From positions 50,320 through 114,319 of the forward strand of contig NIVC01003173.1 of assembly GCA_002269645.1 (NCBI GenBank): a stretch of 64,000 bases of DNA, read 5' to 3'. Origin of the DNA: Macrostomum lignano. Its lineage: Eukaryota. Numbering within the stretch: the first letter of the stretch is position 1; each line of letters starts with the position of its first letter. Of the stretch, positions 25,055-34,893 are shown piece after piece. Under the pieces are notes generated by a model that saw nothing but the letters and a program-made list of their open reading frames with translations, searched no databases and had not been told where the DNA came from. The translations under genes and the position numbers were made by a program.

Positions 25055-25890
25055 AGGCAGAGAGGGTTTGACAGGGTTGAACACAGTGGAAGAGAGGAGG
25101 CAGAGAGGGTTTGACTGAGTTGAACACAGTGGAAGAGAGGAGGCAGAGAGGGTTTGACAGGGTTGAACGCAGTGGAAGAGAGGAGGCAGAGAGGGTTTGA
25201 CAGGGTTGAACACAGTGGAAGAGAGGAGGCAGAGAGGGTTTGACAGGGTTGAACACAGTGGAAGAGAGGAGGCAGAGAGGGTTTGACAGGGTTGAACACA
25301 GTGGAAGAGAGGAGGCAGAGAGGGTTTGACAGGGTTGAACACAGTGGAAGAGAGGAGGCAGAGAGGGTTTGACAGGGTTGAACACAGTGGAAGAGAGGAG
25401 GCAGAGAGGGTTTGACAGGGTTGAACACAGTGGAAGAGAGGAGGCAGAGAGGGTTTGACAGGGTTGAACACAGTGGAAGAGAGGAGGCAGAGAGGGTTTG
25501 ACAGGGTTGAACACAGTGGAAGAGAGGAGGCAGAGAGGGTTTGACAGGGTTGAACACAGTGGAAGAGAGGAGGCAGAGAGGGTTTGACAGGGTTGAACAC
25601 AGTGGAAGAGAGGAGGCAGAGAGGGTTTGACAGGGTTGAACACAGTGGAAGAGAGGAGGCAGAGAGGGTTTGACAGGGTTGAACACAGTGGAAGAGAGGA
25701 GGCAGAGAGGGTTTGACAGGGTTGAACACAGTGGAAGAGAGGAGGCAGAGAGGGTTTGACAGGGTTGAACACAGTGGAAGAGAGGAGGCAGAGAGGGTTT
25801 GACAGGGTTGAACACAGTGGAAGAGAGGAGGCAGAGAGGGTTAGACGGGGTTGAACAAAGTGGAAGAGAGGAGGCAGAGAGGGTTAGAAA
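25055..25890. repeat. 43 bp purine-rich minisatellite (~19 copies)
   Basis: Unit gagagggtttgacagggttgaacacagtggaagagaggaggca. Confidence 0.95.
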
Positions 25891-26353
25891 ATTTTTCTAA
25901 AAGCATAGCTAGCGACAAGAGAACCAACCCTGGGAACACGGCTCAAAGCATGCATGCATAATCGATTCGCTCATTCCGACCGGCCCCTAGCTCGGTGTCT
26001 AAGCTATCACTCACCGCGCATTCATTTGCAGTAGTGAATAATATGCAGTATAGCTACCGCTGGCCCAGGGGCCCTGGATTCGCACCTATAGATACTGTAT
26101 TATTGCAAACGGTGAGGGTACAGCCAGGGGCCTCAGGGCCCAGGGCCTCAGCCAGTCAGAGTCAGGAGAGGGAGGGAGCGAGAGAGAGACGTAGGCAATG
26201 GGGAGGGGAGAAAGTGCACCCTATATAATTGATTCGCCCGGCCGCGCTATATACATTTCCGTCTCAACACTCAATACACGTTGCCCGCTCCGGTTAGTTC
26301 AACAAATATCAAAGTCGGTCTGTTGAAATTCATCGTTACTACAGAAGCAAAAC

Positions 26354-28023
26354 ATGCCTAGCTGGAATCTAAAACTGTCGCTATGTTTTGGCCGTAGGCC
26401 CGATACGCGTATTAAAAAATCGAAAAACAAAACGATTGGAAAGACGCCAACAACCAAGACGGTTACAGCGACTGAAAACGCAACTACGAACTGTCCACAG
26501 TGTGGTTGCTCTCTAACGGAGCACCTGAACAGTTATCTGCAGCAGCAAAGTCAGCAGGATTGTACAGGAATTCCTATTAATCCTTGGTCGACGGTAAGAA
26601 TGCAGAAAAGTGTCGACTCTGGCATCTGCGAGGAGCTCAGCGGAGGTTCAGGCGAACGGGCAGGAAGTTCGGGTTGTCAACTGCCTGCTGCCGTTAATGT
26701 CGTCGACGAAGCGGATGCCGAATCTGACGCAGCCGCTGACCTGGAGGTCTCAAATATTGTTAATAGCAGTCGTCAGCAATTTCGTCAACGCCGTCCCGTT
26801 GTTGAAGGCGTCGCTCTGAGAGGCTTCGTGCCGCCGCCAGCAGCGAATAGTGGTTGGCACGCTTCGGCCACTCTGGCTACACTGCCGCGCGACTCGCCGA
26901 GTTCCAGCGTGGCTTGTCTGGCTCGGTCGGACAGTGACGACTCTGTGGACGAGCTCGACAAAGTATCGTCGGGACAGAGACAGGAGGTAAAGCACGATGA
27001 ACAACGGTCGAAAATGGGCAGGTGAGCAGTGTGAATGTCTTGTTGTTGCTTCTCCAGGCCTCGATAATGAAAAGCAGTCATGGCCATTCAGTTATAAGCA
27101 GACAGACGCACACAGGGTACGCTATCGCTAAACCATAGACATCTGCACCGATGCAAGTGCAAATAAGCTAAATCTAATGCTAAACCATAGACATCTGCAC
27201 CGGTACAAGTGCAAATAAGTAAAATATAATGCTAAACCATAGACATCTGCACCGATGCAAGTGCAAATAAGCTAAATCTAATGCTAAACCATAGCCATCT
27301 GCACCGGTACAAGTGCAAATAAGTAAAATATAATGCTAAACCATAGACATCTGCACCGATGCAAGTGCAAATAAGCTAAATCTAATGCTAAACCATAGAC
27401 ATCTGCACCGGTACAAGTGCAAATAAGCAAAATATAATGCTAAACCATAGACATCTGCACCGGTACAAGTGCAAATAAGCAAAATCTAATGCTAAGCCAT
27501 AGACATTTGCAACAGTTCAAGAAAGCATCTGATGATAATGCTATCTTTCTTGGTTGCAGAAATATTAATAGATGAGAAATAGGCTCAAAGTCTTAGACGA
27601 TTAATACTTTCTAAAAAACTGGTCAAATAGAGAACCGTATTATTTCTAATGTTATTTCTATTGTTACGAGTATTTCTAATGTCTAAGGCACTGACCACAT
27701 TTTATTAATATTGGGCCGTACTTAATAAATGAAATTAAAAGCCAAACCAAGAAACGTGACTTTCTTCTTTTAACCCATGAAGTTATTCTAGACCGCAAAG
27801 CAGATGGACCGTCCATCAGCAACAGCAGAAGCAACAGCAGCAGCATCAGCAATATCACCAGCTGTTGCGCGAACAGAAGCGAACAGCACTGCTTTGGGCG
27901 ATGGCTTCTGTCAGGGACCGGCTGGAGAAGGAGATGGAGCGGCTGCTGGAGGCAACCGCCGACGACCTCGTCGCCATTGGCAACGAAAACGAATCCAGCT
28001 GGTTTTTAACCAACTTCGACTGA
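26354..28023 (+). CDS. Two-exon orphan protein (~299 aa): acidic/Ser-rich, then poly-Q and a short helical C-terminus
   Basis: Exon 1 26354-27021 ends AG|GTGAGC (phase 2). Exon 2 starts after ttattctag at 27792 and reads in frame PQSRWTVHQQQQKQQQQHQQYHQLLREQKRTALLWAMASVRDRLEKEMERLL...NFD*. TATA-like motifs lie at ~26222 and ~26268. No family recognised. Confidence 0.55.
27127..27510. repeat. 52 bp intronic tandem repeat with alternating A/B variants (~7 copies)
   Basis: gctaaaccatagacatctgcaccgatgcaagtgcaaataagctaaatctaat alternates with ...ccggtacaagtgcaaataagtaaaatataat. Confidence 0.92.
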
Positions 28024-28823
28024 CTGATTCTATGAAAGTTTCTGCTTTGATTTTTTGACTGAATTTATTTAGAATTAATAAAATTATAATTGTCAAAAAA
28101 ACGTTCTATTTCACAAATATTTATTCATCAACTTTTTTGCAAACTTGTCAATAATCTCATTATATTATGATGAATTTTTTTGTTTTAATTTTCAGAAAAA
28201 TTTTTTGCACCTATAGTGATCCACCAACTATCTGCCTGTGCTTACTGCTGTAAATATTGTTGAATTCACAGTCAATATCTAGCTAGATATTTGTAATAGC
28301 TGTTTATTTACTGTTTCGCTGCTTTAATGTCTGTATTTCAAAACTTAAATGCACTTTTTTCGACAAACTTTTCAGTTAGAAAGATGCTTTTATTCTAATA
28401 GTCTGTCTTTCTAAATATTCGATATTTCGTGAAAAAAAAACTGTTTTCGATGATTTAGATTTGCTAAATTTCATTACTAACAATGTTTTTTTCTGAAAAT
28501 CAGTAAATACATATTTAACAAGACTTTCATGCATTAACTTCATTATGAGAGGAAACTTCATCGAGAAATTTTATCTGAACGATTAATCTTTGAAAGACGA
28601 TATATTGCTCCAATTGCAGTACAAGACAAACATATTTTGGTAGAGACCACTTGGGATTATGCGCTTTGTACTAATACGTGTAACTGGCTGCTTATATACA
28701 TGTACATGTATACTCTGACAATAACATGTTTTATATCCGGCATTCTCGTTGTCCAGTTCGAGCCGGCCTCTCTCCGCTGCAGTCACTACGTATCGTGCAG
28801 AAACTGCAGGGTTTTCAGAATTC

Positions 28824-29210
28824 TGACGCAAAAAACGCAAATTAGACTACTATCTGAAAATGAAGTAAGTAGTATATGAAAACGCTATCCTAAGCGTGAT
28901 ATACATGGCAATATGTAGTCGTAATAATCCATGTGCTCATATATGTACATTAATTCCATGTACATTAATCCCTATCTATCTCAAATTGGATATGTACATT
29001 AATCCCATGTACATTAATCCCTATCTATCTCAAATGTCCATGTCTATCCCCAATTCTATATGTACGCTGTATGTGCATTAATCTACATGTACAGTGTCAT
29101 CCCCAGACGGCCCGCGCGCGCGCACCAAAATTACAACTCGAAACCCTACTACATGTACAGTTGTACAATCTCATCCAAATGAGTCAACTAATTGTGTAGC
29201 TCACAACGTA
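28824..29210 (+). repeat. Left inverted repeat (putative TIR), 387 bp
   Basis: Reverse complement of 40435-40809; manual alignment gives ~11 substitutions plus 4 bp and 8 bp indels (~97%). Confidence 0.93.
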
Positions 29211-30229
29211 AATGTATATTTCCAAGGTACATTCTCAGACAGATTTGAATAATACTGGTCGGAGTCTATATGTACATCGATAGCCTCTATACTCATATCC
29301 GCTACATACCCCAAAAATTAGGTATGTACATTTTCACCCTCGGAGACTGTAGGTTTGAATATGCTGATAATTTATTCAAAATCACTTATAAAATACACAT
29401 ACTTTCATATAGAGGCGGGCCTGTACAAACTCTCGCCAAGCGATGGGGTGGAGGTTGCGTCATCCAAGCCTCTCCCCAAGCCAGACCCCAAATGCAGGAC
29501 TGTGTTGAAGCAGTGCTTTATATTTCTATATTGACAGTGCGGATGATACAAGACGCTTCGTCACGCTTTAATTGGTAATTATCAACTGCTACTGCTGTAC
29601 GGTATATCCTCACCCCTCGAAGCTCCTATACTGAATGTTGAATCACCCTTTAACTCGGACCATAGTCAAAATTCAACCCAAGACTGTTCGAAAACAGCCA
29701 CCCCTCCGATGTTCACCAGACTCGTCTTCACAGCGCAGACCCCATAGCAAATCGAACTAAATTTTAACACTCGCCCCTGTTCTCTCTGTCCCCCTTCTAA
29801 ATGCCAAGGAATTTCGACCCTCTCTCCATTTTCAGTGTACAGACAGATCTATCCACAGCACAGACCCTATATCAAACTTCATTCAGCAAAACCCCTCTCT
29901 TCTCCGATTACGTCATCCATACCCCTATAGAAGCAGTTAGCAAGAAACCAACTTTTAATGCACACATCAACCCCACGAATCTGAGCAAATCCGAGTCCGC
30001 CAACCTCTACCTGCATTGACAAATCCCAGCTGCATTTGTAGATGTACACAGCCTATGAATCAGTGTCTCCACCGCATGCAATTCTGATTTACTTGATCCT
30101 AAACTTTGTAAATTGTATAAGTTACCCTTGCGTTATACTAGAAGTAGTGAAGTCCACATATTTAAATACGTGAGGCTATTCAATTCTGCCTCTCCGCCTC
30201 CCCATGCCTTCTCACTTCAAGCTTTCAGA

Positions 30230-31202
30230 CTTGGTCTTTGAGATGGTCGGTTTAATCTGTTAGAAGCAGGAATGAATCATGCACTGACCTCTCCATACAA
30301 AGTAAAGTTGGAATTTCAAACAAGAAATTTGGTTATTTTGAAAGCTAAATGACTAGAAAAGCACATTTTTCATTAAAATGCAGCTTTTCACAGTTTTTTT
30401 TACGATTTTAACCTTGAAATGCAGACTTTGTTGATCAAAATCAGTAGTTTCATCACTAGAAACCATACTTTCAACAGCTAATTTGTCCAAATGTCGTTTT
30501 CAACTTGACCTTAGACAGCTTTTAAGCAGGAATGAACCCCAAACAAACATCCACAAGCCAGCCCAAATCATCCAAAGACATGGCTGTTGAAGCCTAAATT
30601 GCTAGAAATGCGCATTTTTTCATAAGAAAATACAAATTTTCACAGTTTTTTATGCATTTTTACGTTAAAATGCAGACTTTATTGATCAAAATCAGTAGTT
30701 TCATCACTGGAAACCATAATTTCAACAGCTAATGTGTCCAAATGTCGTTTACAACTTGACCTTAGACGGCTTCGAAGCAGGAATGAATCCCGCACGAACA
30801 TCCACAAGCCAGCCCAGAATCAACCAAAGACGGCTATTGAAGCCTAAATTTGTATAGAAATGAGCATTTTTTCATAAGAAAATACAATTTTTCACAGTTT
30901 TTACGCATTTTTTACGTTAAAACGCAGACTTTGTTGATCAAAATCAGTAGTTTCATCACTGGAAACTTCAACAGTTAATTTTCCCAAATGCCGTTTCAAC
31001 TTTACTTGAGACGGCTTCGAAGCAGGAATAAATCCCACACGGAAGTCCACAAGCCAGCCCAGCCCAAGAAATAGTTAATGGAGGCTAAATTACTAGTAAT
31101 GCAATTTTTTTCATGAAAAACACGAGTTTTCCTCATTTTTCGATTTTTACCGTTAAAATGCTTACTTTATGGATCGAAATCTGCCATTTTATCAATAGAA
31201 AT
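30230..31202. repeat. ~250 bp diverged tandem repeat (~4-5 copies; last copy resumes at 33408 after the LTR-like insertion)
   Basis: The landmark gatcaaaatcagtagtttcatcact recurs at 30433, 30684, 30936 and (diverged) 31172. Confidence 0.88.
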
Positions 31203-33407
31203 TGATGTAACCGCCTTGTCGCCGGTCCGCTCCGTTGAGAGACGAACGCATGACTAGAGGGGGCAATGACCGTAGGCTGCCTATGACCGGGCAATGGCCT
31301 GACGGACCTCCAGCACCAGACTGTCCCGCCCACATGATTGATAGCTTTGGTAGCGCTTCGTGACCAGAGGGCCAAGGACCCACATGGACCCCACCTGTAG
31401 CCAAGGTGCAATAGTTGGTCACTCGGTCATAGTATGACCGAGTGGCTGCCACCACTCTATGTGACCTGGCGCACCTGGATCTTTCTACCAGACCTCTCGA
31501 GGCTAGAGCCCCGCCTGGGATGGTTACCAGGAGATTTAGGCTAACAGGGGAGACACATGCAGCCGAGTACAGGGACTCTGCTTGGGGCATGATCGGGAAC
31601 TCTGGGCTCAACCTGGAGGATTTCTCAGCAGGGGATCCTTTGTGGCTGTGAGCGAGGCTAACTTGCGACTTTGATTACTAAGAGTAGTATGAGACGAACA
31701 TGTACTGTCTATAGTTTAGATTGCTCAGGGCGAAGGGACGCGTCAGCATGGGGTTGCAACCTTCCTACTGCCATTCTGTGCCAAGACTCGCTAATCCCTC
31801 TACTGCACGCACACGCGGCCCCGCAGCACGCACTCACAGGCGGGCTGTGCACGGGGAGAGGCGATTAGCTTACCCAAACTTCCTTATGCTTTGCCACCCC
31901 GGGAGAAAGGCTTAGCAAGCCATGAGAGAAATGATGGTGAAAGAGGGAATAATTAGTTAGTTAGTTAATAGTTAATAATTAGGCCCTTAAACGAATAATC
32001 AGGCAATTAGACGGCTTCACTATTGAGTAAAATACAGCAAAAGGTTACGGTATCACAATTGGCTCAGCTCTCTAATCAGACAATGGAAAAATAGGCAAAC
32101 CCCGGATAAGCAAGGCGATTAGAGCACAAATTAGTAACAGGAACTTACCGGCAGCTGCACAGAGAGAGAGAGAGGCGGAGTGACCGAGGGCGGCTGTAGG
32201 CTGCAGTCAGGCAGACGGTGAAGCGGCGATGCGCTGAAGCGACGAGGCGCTGATGTAGATCAGGCGATGCTGATGATGCTGGGCGGTTTCAGACCGCTGG
32301 CCGATAGGCGAGCTCACTTGGGGAGCTAAGGATAACTTGGCGGTAACAGACCGCGGACCGGCAGGGATTCGTCTTATAGACGAATGGGTCAGAACTCAGT
32401 CTGACAGCAAGTCCAAAGAAGGACGAGGAGCCGAAAAGGTGAGGATTCTCATGCCGAAATCGCTTCCTTTTATAGACCTCACTGCCGCCTCCTCAAGGTC
32501 GTTACCATGGCTCCCTCTCTCTGATTGGCTGCCGGCAGAATGACGTCAGAATGAGTCATGATGAGAAGCATGAGACCGGCATAGCAACATGAGAAATCGG
32601 GAAATTGCGCAATCCGGAGGTGGGGTGGGGGGATAATTGGCGCAGCGGGTGGTCGCGAAAGTGTTGCGCAAGCAAACATTGAGAACAATAGGGCTGGGGT
32701 CGAGAACAAAGGAATTGGAAGTCGGGGATAATTGGGGAGAATCGAGAACAATAGAAAAGCAAACATTGGGGAAAAGGTGATAATTAGGTGCGAAAACGAG
32801 AACAAAAGAAAGAGAAAATCGGAGAAAATGTGATAATTGGTGGGGGTCGAGAGAACAAAAGAATCAAAAACGAGAACAATAGAAGCGGAGGTGGGGTGGG
32901 TGTCGCATGAGAAATTTGGGAAGGAGAACAATAGCGTGAGAAAAGGTTGCGCAAGAGAGGGGGATGAGTCATCGATGAGTCACCGAGGGGGAGAAGGGGT
33001 CACACGACTTGCGTCACCGTTTGGGAGTTTGGGAGGGGATGGGGAGACGGTGAGCACACAAAATACTGTAAGTAGACACAGGGAAAGGGGGGACAGCGCA
33101 GGAAAAGAGTGCAGAGGGAGACAAAAAGAGGGGGGATAGGGAAAGTACGGGAAGAATAGGGCGGAAAACAGAAGAGATAGGGTAGAGGGGGAGATACAGA
33201 GAGGGGTGGGGAGCTCCGGAAAGGCAGGTGTGGCGGCAGGGGAGACGGAACCAAGGCAGCGGGAGGGGTGCAGCAGAGCGGGAGTCTCCAGGCCTGGTCG
33301 GAGACCTGGCCGAGTCTCGACAGCTCTGTGCAGGGGGTGCACGGGATAGGAGGCACTTTCGAAAAAGTTCCCATGCCCTATCCCGCGACCAGAGCGTGGT
33401 TACATCA
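31203..33407 (-). mobile_element. Solo LTR-like insertion, 2205 bp
   Basis: Ends TGATGTAACC...GGTTACATCA (10 bp perfect inverted termini, TG..CA); 4 bp TSD AAAT at 31199-31202 and 33408-33411; minus-strand promoter cassette inside; no coding domain seen. Confidence 0.78.
32467..32560 (-). promoter_or_regulatory. Pol II promoter cassette in the LTR-like element
   Basis: Minus-strand TATAAAAG (32467-32474), CCAAT box (32521-32530), CRE TGACGTCA (32541-32548) and AP-1 TGAGTCA (32552-32558) in canonical order. Confidence 0.65.
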
Positions 33408-34505
33408 AAATCATAATTTCAGCTAATAAACCATCAAAAATGCTGTTTTGTCATTCAAATAGGCATGTACATTGTCCAAGAAGCTGGGGAAATATTCTAT
33501 AGACACTGTAAAAATTGGGGCTAAAAACACAGTCTGCTATTACCCTATTAAACTTAAAGTTTTCAGAATTCAATTGATTTCGATTACTACATCATGCCAT
33601 TGATGCTATTTTAAACGTTATTCTCAGTTCTGAAGCTCACAACAGCCTCTTTTAGATGCACTGAATCGGTTTTGTTGCATACTTTGCATGTTGATTCACC
33701 CTTCAATTCAACGATTCTCCGCTATACATTCTAGCCATATTCAAAATTCAACCCAGGACTATTAATGTTCGCCAATATGGAGAGAACAACACCTACCCAA
33801 GCCTCACCAAGGCAATTCTTTACTACCGCGTAAATGCCATAACTGACTCTCTGTCCCTATAACCCCAGGTCCATCCCTAAACATTACGTAAACAGAAGTA
33901 GAAAACTCTGTCTCTGATTTGGCTTGCGACAGGGGCTGTCACCTTTATTACTCTTTGATGGATATTTTAGATGATGGCAAGAGCTTTTCATCGACTATTA
34001 CTCTTCCCGAGCCTCTGTCAATCGGATGCTTTGCACACAAGCCCCATTTCACCCAGGTTATTAAATTGATACAGCGATTTTTAACAACCATTTTCTCGCA
34101 GAGACCGGCGGGCCTTAAAAACCACAGAAGTCATCTTTCATATTTTTCATCTGTATTTAGCTATTATTGGTCCGCCAAGGTATTGTCTTTTGAATAAACA
34201 CCGTTTTCTATCCGATTTAAGTCGAAAAGACATGCTGCAAGAGGAAGCTGTCTTCTTCTTTGAGAGACTGTACTCTGGCGGAGCAGCAGTTTTCACTCCT
34301 GCGAGAATGCTGGTTGGGTGGCTCCGCTCAGATCCAATAAAATACCGCATGAGAAAAGAATTGGTGGGGTATTTTCGACCCCCAACTTTTCTATACCAAA
34401 TGCGGAACCGTGTGTACAATCGTACACTAATCTAGAAAATATAGACCCGGGAAAGAAAATCACGCACACCTCTCGTGCCCCTACCCCATCCTCCCTCTCG
34501 CGGGG

Positions 34506-34513
34506 TATATAAA
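34506..34513 (+). promoter_or_regulatory. TATA box upstream of the pPolB gene
   Basis: TATATAAA after a GC-rich stretch, ~280 bp before the first ATG (34787). Confidence 0.55.
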
Positions 34514-34786
34514 GCGGGTGAGAGCTGCTGCAGCAGCATCAGCAAAAGCAGCCAGCAGCAGCAGAAGCCACAACAGCAGCATCAACTGCTTCAACAGCAT
34601 CAGCCTGCAACAGCGGCAACACAGCAGCAGCATCAGCACAGCTAGCAGCAGAAGAAGCAACAACAGCAGAAGTCACAACATCAGCAAACGGCAGCAGCAT
34701 CAGAAACCGCAAGCATCAGCAGTCACAGTCGCAATCACAGCAGCATCAGCCGCAATCGCAGCAGCAACAGCAGCAGCAGCAGAAGC

Positions 34787-34852
34787 ATGGCATCAAAACG
34801 TTCGGCCGCTGAAGCAGCAATTTCAGCCTTGTGGGGGCGAGCAGGCCCCCCA

Positions 34853-34893
<41 letters not shown>

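Noticed and set aside
474-25815. Long periodic ORFs in the track (e.g. 474-1337, 2067-2706, 20681-21264, 21529-22364, 22748-23669, 25000-25815)
   Set aside because: They are translations of micro/minisatellites, open in several frames and on both strands, with no splice or start context.
28866-28876. AGTAAGTAGT as the true Polinton-style terminus
   Set aside because: Near-perfect inverted homology continues ~42 bp further out and no TSD flanks this position.
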